Shown here in pieces: positions 20,066-28,572 of a DNA stretch of 64,000 nt. Location: positions 2,371-66,370 of the forward strand of contig CANFIN010000001.1 in assembly GCA_947447155.1 (NCBI GenBank), given 5' to 3'. Made by a program: the position numbers and the translations under genes. This DNA comes from Bacteroidota bacterium. Its GTDB lineage: Bacteria > Bacteroidota > Bacteroidia > AKYH767-A > OLB10. The notes below the pieces were generated by a model. It did no database searches. It was not told the origin of the DNA and was given only the letters and a program-made list of their open reading frames with translations. The number at the start of each line of letters is the position of its first letter. Within the stretch, counting starts at the first letter, position 1.

Positions 20066-23000
20066 CTATTCTTCAAAAGATGTTGAAATAATATTCCCAT
20101 CAACTACTTTAATTACCTCCCATTGCCCTTCTGAGTTTAAATATTGAATCTCATATTTATTTACTCCAGGTGTCCATTCTTTGTAATGCGTCCAGTTTAA
20201 ATATGTTGTTCTATCGATTAACTCGCCTTGGAGGTAAATAGATGTAGCAAGATTGCTGTTTGTGCCAAGTAGGCTACAATCGTTTTTTACAAGAATATGG
20301 TAATAATATTCTTTTGCATTAACATCTGCATCATAATCATTGTAGAAATTAATTCCTGCCGGTACTGATGCAATTAAAGTAAATGCAATATTGTCTGTTG
20401 ATCTGTAGATTTCATAAGACGAAACTCTTTCAGGGTGCAATACAGGTGTTGACCATTCTGTTAATACCATTTTATTATCTACGACAGTTGATCGTATAAT
20501 ATCTACATGTTGATTTTCTAAAATGTTTATTGGTGTAGCGTTCGATGTGTCGCTGTTAGAGTAAAATGTTGATGAACATAAATCAGTTGCTTTAACCAAA
20601 TAGGAGTACTCATACGGACAATATAATCCTGTATCTAAATAGGAAAGTATCGAATTGTCAAGTGTTGCAATTAATACAGGGCTTCCATTTGGCTTTTCTG
20701 TTCGGTATAATTCATATTTGTTCAAATTACAACCAAGATATGGTGTCCAATGAATATAAATATTTTGATTAGCAGTTTGCGCTGTAATGTTTATTGTGGT
20801 GGCAGGATGTAGTAAGCTAATGTCAATTGCGTTTTCACAATAATCGATAGTTTGTACCTTATAAGTGTAGGTATTTAATTTTGTAATAAGTCCAGTATCA
20901 ATATAGGTTGTATAATTTTGATTGCTGTATTGTTTAGCGTTGTTATCAGTATAAATCAAGTCATAATTTCCTGTTATTTCATTTAATCGAAATACTTTAT
21001 ACTTTTTTAAATCTGTAGCAAAACTATTTCGCCATGTAATACTAACTTGGTTATCGGATAAAACGGATACACTCATAATTGGATCTTCATCAGGAGGCAA
21101 TGAATCTGCAATGTTAATGTAGTCTGGTTTTAAAATTGTGTCTGAGCAACCATTTGAATTTGTCACTACAAGCATAATACTATAGTTGCCAGAAAATAAA
21201 TAACTGGTGCTTGGTTGAAATTGATTTGATAAACTTGTTGCTAAATTCCAATTATAAGAAGGTGATAAAAGATTTGTTGAGGTGTTAGTAAAGTTCACTG
21301 GAGAGTTTTTGCAACCTAAGGTATCACTACTATAAAAATTAGCAGATGGGCTTTTTAACACAGATATGGAATTCAAATTGAATGTATCTGTGCAGCCTAG
21401 ACTATTATATGCAATTAATTGAGTAGTATAAATGCCATCTTGTGTATAAATGTAATTTGGATTTGACAAATTCGAACTGTCCGAATTTCCAAAATTCCAT
21501 AAGTAAGTATTTGCACCAGTGGATAAATTGTTGAAATTTATTGTTAATGGATTACATCCTTGATAACTTGATGCTACTCCTTTTGCAGTAGGACTTTCTA
21601 ATATGTGAATTGTGTTGGTTGTTGTATCTGAGCAACCATTTGAATTAACCACAATTAGATTTGGATAATAAAAACCAGGTAAATTATATATTGTATTTGT
21701 TTGCAGATTATTGCTCAAAGTTCCATTTCCTAAATTCCAAATATAATTTGCATTTATTGTATCACTAGAAATACTCGATAATGTAATTCCTGCTCGACTA
21801 CATGCTACTGTATCACTTACTGTAATTGATACAATTGGTGTCTGTAAAACTGTTACCGGATTAACAAAGTCAAATGTGTCTCTGCAGCCATGGTTTGTTA
21901 TTGCAATCAACTTAGGATAATAATTTCCGCCTGCATAATAAGTATGAGATGTATCAAAAGAAGATGAACCAGAGCCGTCGCCAAATGCCCATATATATTG
22001 TGATGCAAATTGCGATTGATTAATAAAATTTGTTGTAAAATTTGAACAGCCAATAAAGTTGGAAACAGTTGCTGCAGCTACAGGTAATTGGAAAATTCTT
22101 ACTGGAATAGGGAAGGTATATGATGAGCTACATCCTAATGTATCAGAAGTGATTAATGTAACCATAAAGGAGCCAGTGTCTTTATAAATATGATAAGGGT
22201 TGCTCATTGTTGATGTATAACCATCTCCAAAGTTCCAATTGTAGGTAGATGCATTAATAGACGAATCAATAAAACCAATTGATGTATTTTGGCATCCTGA
22301 TGTAATTGGAATATTGAATTTTGTATAAGTACCAGGAATAAAAATATACTGTGGTTTAACCATAGTATCTACACAGCCAATATCACTTCTTGTAATTAAT
22401 GAAATCGTGTAGTATCCTGGTATATTATAAATATGACTAGGATTTACATTCGTTGATGAGCCACCATCACCAAAGCTCCATTCGAAAACGTTCGCATCTG
22501 TAGATGTGTTCGTGAAGCTGATTTGTGTCGGAGAGCAGCCTGCAATAGTAGGTGAATAAAAATCGGATGTTGGCTTTTTAGAATTAATTAGTCCAGGGTA
22601 AAAGGCGGTATCTACACATCCACTCGGAAAAGTCGCTATTAGAGTCACATCAAATAAACCGCCATTGTATGTGTGAACGGGATTTTTTTGTGTTGATGTT
22701 AATCCATCGCCAAAAAACCAATTCCAAGAAATTGCACCATTACTTACATCGGTAAATTGAACTTGTAATGGAGCGCAGCCATTTGTGTTATTTGCAATAG
22801 CAGATGCTTTGTAATAGCTAATATTTTTCTTCTTTACGACCTTAGAACAACCGTAATTATCTGTAATAGTTAACTTGATTGAATCATTAGGTGCATTGTA
22901 ATAAGTATAAACCGGGTTTGATAAACTAGAAATATCATTATTACCAAATTCCCAAAACCATGTCACAGCTGTAGGTGTTTGTGGTGTAAATGTTACAGTA

Positions 23001-25573
23001 ATAGGCATGCAAATACCGCTGGTTGTATATGTGAAATTTGACTGTGGATCATCTACTGTAATATAGTTGATAGCAGTTTTTGTTTTAATACAACCACCAT
23101 TAAAAACTTTCAAAGTAACTGTGTATATACCTGCTTGCAAATAGGTATGGGTAGGTATAGTATCCGTCGATGTAGTTCCATCTCCAAAATCCCAAAAATA
23201 GGAGTATCCATACAAACTTAGGTTGTTAAATGTAATGCTATTGCCTAAACAAATAATGGGATTTGCAACATCAAAATCAGCACTTGAATTATTTACATTA
23301 ATATTTTGGGGTAAATAAAATGTATCAATACAATTAGTATAATCAGTAGTAATAATAAATGCATTGTAGCTGCCAACTGAATTATAGGCATGAGTTGTTG
23401 AAAAATTATTCGAAGTTGATCCATCTCCGAAATGCCATATGCAAGAAACGAAATCCGAACTATTGCTAATTGAAAATTGTAATTGATTATTTATGCATTC
23501 ATCATAGGTATTAGCACTAGCAGTGTTTAAATGACCAAGCGTTATTGTTGTATCCAGATTTGTAATGCAACCAGATCCAATTGTTAAAGTTAAACTAATA
23601 TTATATTGTCCTGAACTAGTATATGTATGCAATGGATTTGCAATAGTCGATCCTGTGCCATCTCCAAAATCCCAATTATATGAAACGACAAATGGTGTTG
23701 TGCAATTAAATTGAACTTTATAAGGTTTGCATGAATTTAATACTGTAGCACCAATTGGTTTTTTAATATATGGTATTACCTCAACAATAGCAAAAGGATT
23801 AAAAGTTTGAGTACAGCCACCAGGCATAGCCGTTGTTAGGCTTACGATGTATACACCAGCGTTTAAATATAAATTTGTTGCGTTTTGTGTATTTGATGTA
23901 TTTCCATCCCCGAAATCCCAATTCCAAGAATTACTAGACGATGTAGGGTCATTAAAGGTATGAGGATCTCCTAAACAAATTTTTATTGTATCTGGCAAGG
24001 TATAATTAGTTGTTGGATCAACTATGGTTATATAATTTAATTTAATAGTAGTATCTACACAGCCGAATGTATTAGTGACAATTAATGTTATAGGGTAAAT
24101 ACCAATAGAGTTGTAAGTATGTGTTGGATTTTGTAAAGTAGAGCTGGTCCCATCTCCAAATAGCCATAAATAATTTACAATATTGTTTTGTGTGGTCGTA
24201 TTATTAAATTGTACTGTCATGCCAGGACAGCCTATTTTAGGAGTCGCTTGAAATTGTGCCTCCGGATCATATACTTTTACAGCGGATGTCATTTTTATTG
24301 AATCTGAACATCCATTTTGAGATATTGCTGTTAATGAAATTGAATAACTTCCTCCAGAAGTGTATGTTTTTGTAGGACTGTTTAATGTTGATGTTGTATT
24401 TCCAAAGCTCCACAAATAGGAACTTGCTCCAATCGAGTTGTTTATTGTTTGAATTGTGAATGGTGCACAACCTGTATCTTGTACTAACGAAAATGCAGGT
24501 GTTGGTTTCGAATCTAAATTTATAAATTGATTTTTAACAATCGTGCCATTACATCCACTAATGGTCGTAACTGTTAATGTAATAGTGTATTGACCAGGAT
24601 TTGCATAAGTATGATTAGGAGATTTTAATGGAGAAGTACTACCATCTCCAAAATCCCATGCCCATGAGGTGGCATTTAAGGTTGTTGCATTAAAATGGAT
24701 TGATGATGGAGCACAACCTGTAGTATTACTTGTAGTAAACGAAGGAATTAATGTGTTTCCGATATGGACGAAATTACTTTGTGATAAAGTATCGCTACAT
24801 CCATTGTTGTTGGTTACAATTAATGTCACATTGTAATTCCCAATAGCATTGTATTGATGCGATGGATTTTGAATTGATGATGTTGTTCCATCTCCTAAAG
24901 TCCAATTCCAACTTGTAGCGCCAACTGTATTGTCTGTAAAATTAAATGTGGTATTTACATCGCAAGTAGATGTAGTATTTGAGGTGAATTGAATATTTGG
25001 TTTAGCATAAATCGTTATCAACGAATTTCTAATCTCAATATCTTGACAACCATAATTGCTTGTTGCAATTAATTTTACATTATACGATCCTGGGTTAAGA
25101 TAGGTGTGAGTAGGTGATGAATCATTTGATGATGTACCATCTCCAAAATCCCAAGTATAAGATAATGCATTAGTAGAGTTGTTAGTAAATTGAAATGAGT
25201 TGTCCAATGCACATCCCGTAGTTTGAGAAACTGAAAAATTAGCTGTGGGATTATCGACTACAGTAATCGTTTGTGTTATTGAGTCATTTTGTCCTGAATT
25301 ATTGAATACGACTAACGTTATTGTATAAATGCCCGGAGTAGTATAAACTGTAGTTGGGTTGTTGGTTGCAGATGTGTTTGTATTGCCAAAGTACCACATG
25401 CAATTATTAAAATTTATGGAGTTGTTCGTAAAGTTGACCATTAAAGGTGCACAACCAATAGACTTATTTGATGTGAAAGAAGCCGTAGGGTTTTGTGCAA
25501 ATGAAAAACTATGCAGCATATTCATTAATATAAATGCTGCATAGAAAATCTTATTTCTTAACGACTGGAACAT
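20066..25573 (-). CDS. Giant secreted/surface protein: ~18 tandem PKD modules followed by ~3.5 FN3/Ig-like modules
   Basis: Signal peptide (LHSFSFAQN). 18 repeats of the W-x-[FL]-G-[DN]-G...H-x-Y...G-x-Y-x-V-x-L signature. The C-terminal 346 aa carry [VI]x[IL]xW...KYx[VLI][FY]R...YxYxV modules. Confidence 0.85.
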   Translation of the reverse strand: MFQSLRNKIFYAAFILMNMLHSFSFAQNPTASFTSNKSIGCAPLMVNFTNNSINFNNCMWYFGNTNTSATNNPTTVYTTPGIYTITLVVFNNSGQNDSITQTITVVDNPTANFSVSQTTGCALDNSFQFTNNSTNALSYTWDFGDGTSSNDSSPTHTYLNPGSYNVKLIATSNYGCQDIEIRNSLITIYAKPNIQFTSNTTSTCDVNTTFNFTDNTVGATSWNWTLGDGTTSSIQNPSHQYNAIGNYNVTLIVTNNNGCSDTLSQSNFVHIGNTLIPSFTTSNTTGCAPSSIHFNATTLNATSWAWDFGDGSTSPLKSPNHTYANPGQYTITLTVTTISGCNGTIVKNQFINLDSKPTPAFSLVQDTGCAPFTIQTINNSIGASSYLWSFGNTTSTLNSPTKTYTSGGSYSISLTAISQNGCSDSIKMTSAVKVYDPEAQFQATPKIGCPGMTVQFNNTTTQNNIVNYLWLFGDGTSSTLQNPTHTYNSIGIYPITLIVTNTFGCVDTTIKLNYITIVDPTTNYTLPDTIKICLGDPHTFNDPTSSSNSWNWDFGDGNTSNTQNATNLYLNAGVYIVSLTTAMPGGCTQTFNPFAIVEVIPYIKKPIGATVLNSCKPYKVQFNCTTPFVVSYNWDFGDGTGSTIANPLHTYTSSGQYNISLTLTIGSGCITNLDTTITLGHLNTASANTYDECINNQLQFSISNSSDFVSCIWHFGDGSTSNNFSTTHAYNSVGSYNAFIITTDYTNCIDTFYLPQNINVNNSSADFDVANPIICLGNSITFNNLSLYGYSYFWDFGDGTTSTDTIPTHTYLQAGIYTVTLKVFNGGCIKTKTAINYITVDDPQSNFTYTTSGICMPITVTFTPQTPTAVTWFWEFGNNDISSLSNPVYTYYNAPNDSIKLTITDNYGCSKVVKKKNISYYKASAIANNTNGCAPLQVQFTDVSNGAISWNWFFGDGLTSTQKNPVHTYNGGLFDVTLIATFPSGCVDTAFYPGLINSKKPTSDFYSPTIAGCSPTQISFTNTSTDANVFEWSFGDGGSSTNVNPSHIYNIPGYYTISLITRSDIGCVDTMVKPQYIFIPGTYTKFNIPITSGCQNTSIGFIDSSINASTYNWNFGDGYTSTMSNPYHIYKDTGSFMVTLITSDTLGCSSSYTFPIPVRIFQLPVAAATVSNFIGCSNFTTNFINQSQFASQYIWAFGDGSGSSSFDTSHTYYAGGNYYPKLIAITNHGCRDTFDFVNPVTVLQTPIVSITVSDTVACSRAGITLSSISSDTINANYIWNLGNGTLSNNLQTNTIYNLPGFYYPNLIVVNSNGCSDTTTNTIHILESPTAKGVASSYQGCNPLTINFNNLSTGANTYLWNFGNSDSSNLSNPNYIYTQDGIYTTQLIAYNSLGCTDTFNLNSISVLKSPSANFYSSDTLGCKNSPVNFTNTSTNLLSPSYNWNLATSLSNQFQPSTSYLFSGNYSIMLVVTNSNGCSDTILKPDYINIADSLPPDEDPIMSVSVLSDNQVSITWRNSFATDLKKYKVFRLNEITGNYDLIYTDNNAKQYSNQNYTTYIDTGLITKLNTYTYKVQTIDYCENAIDISLLHPATTINITAQTANQNIYIHWTPYLGCNLNKYELYRTEKPNGSPVLIATLDNSILSYLDTGLYCPYEYSYLVKATDLCSSTFYSNSDTSNATPINILENQHVDIIRSTVVDNKMVLTEWSTPVLHPERVSSYEIYRSTDNIAFTLIASVPAGINFYNDYDADVNAKEYYYHILVKNDCSLLGTNSNLATSIYLQGELIDRTTYLNWTHYKEWTPGVNKYEIQYLNSEGQWEVIKVVDGNIISTSFEE
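21107..25495 (-). repeat. Coding tandem array of ~18 PKD-domain units (~243-nt period, degenerate at nucleotide level)
   Basis: Counted from the translated motifs MWYFGNTN, TWDFGDGT, NWTLGDGT, AWDFGDGS, LWSFGNTT, LWLFGDGT, NWDFGDGN, NWDFGDGT, IWHFGDGS, FWDFGDGT, FWEFGNND, NWFFGDGL, EWSFGDGG, NWNFGDGY, IWAFGDGS, IWNLGNGT, LWNFGNSD, NWNLATSL. Boundaries are approximate. Confidence 0.75.
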
Positions 25574-25622
25574 AAAAATTGGTTAGTTTGATTTGGTTTG
25601 GCAATAAGTTGTAATCGTATTT

Positions 25623-26186
25623 TTATTTTTCGTCGTTGCCTTGAGCGTAATTATTAAAGTTTGAAGCTTGATTGATAATTGAATTCACAGAGCTGTAAAG
25701 CTGGTCACCTTCTTTAGTGATTTTCTTTACGCGGTAGTATGAGAATCCAGCAGGTGGTGCCTGATCAATCCATGAATAATATAATTCTATTTGAGCTCCA
25801 ACTCCTTCTTTAACACCAACTGATAAGTAATCAGCGCCATTTGTAGATCTTTCTACTACATAAACACAGTCATCAGTTTCGTTTTTAGAAGTCCAGCTAA
25901 CGAAAACTTTTCCTGAATTGTACACCGTATTATAGTTGTAGATGTTCATTGAGTTTTGATTCTCTGCTGATAATAACTGATTATTATTTTGCGCACCTTG
26001 CGCGTTTGCACTTGTAAAGCTTGAAAGCATCATTAAAAATGCAATCGTTTCAATTAAAAACAAGTATCGAAAAGATGATCCCTGTTTTTCTTCTCTATTA
26101 AAATAGCGCTTGGGTTTAGAATACATAAGCATGCGATTAGTTCGAACTGCTTTGTAGAAATCCTGGGTGTGTGATGTGTGATTCAT
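25623..26186 (-). CDS. Small secreted protein with one FN3/Ig-like module (unknown function)
   Basis: Basic N-region, hydrophobic core and an ANA/QG cleavage-like site. One module (VFVSWTSKNE..VYVVERS..YSWIDQ..YYRVKKI) resembles the C-terminal modules of the adjacent giant protein. Confidence 0.6.
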   Translation of the reverse strand: MNHTSHTQDFYKAVRTNRMLMYSKPKRYFNREEKQGSSFRYLFLIETIAFLMMLSSFTSANAQGAQNNNQLLSAENQNSMNIYNYNTVYNSGKVFVSWTSKNETDDCVYVVERSTNGADYLSVGVKEGVGAQIELYYSWIDQAPPAGFSYYRVKKITKEGDQLYSSVNSIINQASNFNNYAQGNDEK

Positions 26187-26452
26187 AATATTTTGTTTTT
26201 GATTATTTGCAATTTACAGGACTCTTTACGGAATAAATTGCCAAAGGTTACACCTTAATTGCTTTTGTAAGATTAATTGATAAAAGACTCGATTATTTAC
26301 TTCTGTTTTTATTGACGATTACGAGTTTTTTAACGGCTAATTCTGTTCATGGTTTCAGATTTATCTAATAATTTAAAATCAACATATAACCTTATTCGAA
26401 AACGTTCGTAGTAAGCCACGAATCGAAATAAATAAATCTAAAATCAATTCAT

Positions 26453-27910
26453 ATGGACATCCTAACAAAAACAATTAAAAAGCTTTCTGATGAGGAGTAT
26501 CAAAATTTACTGCATGAGGTTTCAGGTAAGAAAAAGAATAAACCTTACATGGTTTTGGAAGCCACTCGAAATAGTAACATAGATGATTCTGAATTGATGG
26601 ACATCCTGCAAGTAAATGCCAGTGCTTATTATACACTAAAGTCTAGACTAAATACTAAAATCGCAAATATTTTAAGCAAGAAAGTTGATAACCCAATTCA
26701 AACATTAATGGACGAAGTATCGCGCGTACCGGCCCATTTGTTTGGAAATAATCGAGATTTCTCAATTCGAGCTTTGCGTGAATTAGAAAAGCAGTTGATA
26801 GAATACGATTTAAATGCTGAATTAATTCTAGTCTATAAAACCCTGGCACAGTTACATGTATTTTCAGAAGAGTATGATTTCTTTGAAAATAAATATAAAC
26901 GTCATGTGGCATTTTCATTGGCTGTAACTAAAGCTGAAAACATATTTTTCAAATTGCTTAAAAAAATTGGCGAATATCAATTGAATCAAAATGAAGCTGA
27001 TCTTGAATCGATAGTCTTAATGATTAGTGAGCTTTCTAATATTTGTGAATTGTATGAATCTCATCGTTTATATGTGCTGTTTAATATAGCTAGAGTTTAT
27101 TATTTGTGTAGTGTGCAAACCAATAATGATGGTCTAGCATCCAGAGAGCTTGAAATAGATGGTATTCTTCAAAAAATGAATGATATTTTTGAAAAATATC
27201 CGCTAGATACTTTCTACCAAAATATAAAAGGCATTACTAATTTGTTGTACTTTGAATATTATTCAAAAACAAAAAATACAGTTAGGGCTGATTATTACTT
27301 GAACAAAGTACATTCAATACTCCCTGAATTAGCAGAAAAGCCAACAATGCATTTCTTCTTAATACAATTTTTACAAGCGAAAATTTATAAGTATACACTA
27401 GATTCAAATTGGGAGCATCTTGCATATGGTTATGACATCATAGAAAATCAACTTGATATACAAGAAAATGAAATCTTCCATTTTGTATCCGCTTATAGAT
27501 ATCAGGCAACTGTAAAATTTTACGCTAAAGATTTTCAAGGAGCCGCAAAAAAAATCAACCAATTAAGAAATAAAATCGCATTGAAGCAACATTTAGTGGC
27601 TGATGTAGACAATAAAATATTCCAGGCTTTGCAATATTGTATTCTTGGAGAGGATAGCCTTTGTATGCAAATCATTAGTAGCTTAAAAAGACAGATTAAA
27701 GAAAACGAATCCCAGTTTGAATCAACAAAGTCGATGATGAAAATTTTAAAATCGGCTCTTAAGCCTGCTGACTATAGAAAGAAAATGAAGAAGATTGCCG
27801 AAATGTGGACAGAGTTTGAAATGTTAAATAAAACTCCTTTTTATATTCTAAAGAATATCATTCTGGATGAAGCTACTCTAAGAAAAATGTGTAATCCAAT
27901 TAAAAGTTAA
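26453..27910 (+). CDS. 485-aa cytoplasmic all-helical protein, possible N-terminal HTH plus TPR-like repeats (unknown function)
   Basis: No signal peptide or TM helix. Helical-repeat composition. An N-terminal segment (DSELMDILQVNASAYYTLKSRLNTKI) resembles a sigma-region-4/LuxR-type HTH. It is followed by a strong terminator. Confidence 0.55.
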   Translation: MDILTKTIKKLSDEEYQNLLHEVSGKKKNKPYMVLEATRNSNIDDSELMDILQVNASAYYTLKSRLNTKIANILSKKVDNPIQTLMDEVSRVPAHLFGNNRDFSIRALRELEKQLIEYDLNAELILVYKTLAQLHVFSEEYDFFENKYKRHVAFSLAVTKAENIFFKLLKKIGEYQLNQNEADLESIVLMISELSNICELYESHRLYVLFNIARVYYLCSVQTNNDGLASRELEIDGILQKMNDIFEKYPLDTFYQNIKGITNLLYFEYYSKTKNTVRADYYLNKVHSILPELAEKPTMHFFLIQFLQAKIYKYTLDSNWEHLAYGYDIIENQLDIQENEIFHFVSAYRYQATVKFYAKDFQGAAKKINQLRNKIALKQHLVADVDNKIFQALQYCILGEDSLCMQIISSLKRQIKENESQFESTKSMMKILKSALKPADYRKKMKKIAEMWTEFEMLNKTPFYILKNIILDEATLRKMCNPIKS

Positions 27911-27913
27911 GTA

Positions 27914-27945
27914 AAAAAGCCCTGAGATTTCTCGGGGCTTTTTTA
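27914..27945. terminator. Bidirectional rho-independent terminator between convergent genes
   Basis: aaaaaa-GCCCTGAG-attt-CTCGGGGC-tttttt. 8-bp stem (one U.G pair on the plus-strand RNA), flanked by an A-run and a T-run. Confidence 0.75.
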
Positions 27946-28347
27946 TTAGAAATCTATTGCATTAAGATATTTTTCATTTAAAGGTTTGTTCACATATTTG
28001 TAAACGAACTTGTTTGTGGAAGCCTTGTTAATATCCTCAGGACTAATTGATGAAGAAAGGACAATTATTTTGCAGTTTGATTTTAAGCCTTCATTTAAGT
28101 TTTCAAATTCGCTCAAAAAAGAAAATCCATCTTTCCCTGGCATATTTAAGTCTAAGAAAATAACCTCCGGAAATTCGGTTACATCCGATAAGGATTGCAA
28201 ATATATTAAAGACTCGTCAGTTGAATTTTTAACTATAACTTCTGCTGAAAAATTACTGGCAGAAATCATTCTTTCGTTAATAAAATTGTCTATCTCATTA
28301 TCGTCTATGAGCAATACTTTTTTGAAGCGTGCTTCAATTCCTTTCAT
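27946..28347 (-). CDS. Stand-alone CheY-like response-regulator receiver domain (134 aa)
   Basis: LLIDDNEID acidic pocket, phospho-acceptor context IFLDLNMPGKDG, conserved Lys in YVNKP. I take the start at ATG 28347 (MKGIEARF) because the longer ORF would run into the tRNA. Confidence 0.8.
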   Translation of the reverse strand: MKGIEARFKKVLLIDDNEIDNFINERMISASNFSAEVIVKNSTDESLIYLQSLSDVTEFPEVIFLDLNMPGKDGFSFLSEFENLNEGLKSNCKIIVLSSSISPEDINKASTNKFVYKYVNKPLNEKYLNAIDF

Positions 28348-28371
28348 GAGATTGAAAATTAATTTTTTTTG

Positions 28372-28444
28372 TGGTGATGGGCGGAATCGAACCGTCGACA
28401 CAAGGATTTTCAGTCCTTTGCTCTACCAACTGAGCTACATCACC
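28372..28444 (-). tRNA. tRNA-Phe (anticodon GAA)
   Basis: Reverse complement GGTGATGTAGCTCAGTTGGTAGAGCAAAGGACTGAAAATCCTTGTGTCGACGGTTCGATTCCGCCCATCACCA folds as a cloverleaf. It has a 7-bp acceptor stem, GCTC/GAGC D stem, anticodon loop CTGAAAA and a GGTTCGATTCC T arm. CCA is not encoded. Confidence 0.95.
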
Positions 28445-28572
28445 TGAGGAGGGCGCAAAAATATGATTTTTTTATCAATTTCAAATTGATTTGTTGAAAT
28501 TAAACTCATTCTTATTCATCTTTTTTAAAATGAGATCTTAATTCCATAATATTATTCGCTTAATTTGTATTG

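Noticed and set aside
20066-25573. Considered the ~243-nt periodicity as a CRISPR-like array, satellite repeat or recently amplified cassette.
   Set aside because: The repeats lie within one continuous ORF, are conserved at the amino-acid motif level only, and are degenerate at the nucleotide level. This fits an old protein-domain array, not a DNA repeat element.
27919-27938. The hairpin GCCCTGAGatttCTCGGGGC resembles the hairpin at 34412-34432 (GCCCCGAGatttaCTCGAGGC) and the one at 11387-11412. I considered a REP/MITE-like family.
   Set aside because: There are only three short copies. Each is placed exactly at a gene end with a flanking T/A-run, so they are ordinary GC-rich intrinsic terminators in an AT-rich genome.
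28010-28447. A 145-aa plus-strand ORF.
   Set aside because: It is antisense to the receiver-domain gene and runs straight through the tRNA-Phe gene, so it is spurious.
28372-28569. tRNA-Phe as the attachment site or boundary of a genomic island containing the PKD locus.
   Set aside because: There is no integrase, excisionase or transposase gene in the window. I noticed no duplicated copy of the tRNA 3' half elsewhere, and the genes on the other side of the tRNA are housekeeping. A systematic repeat search was not possible by eye.
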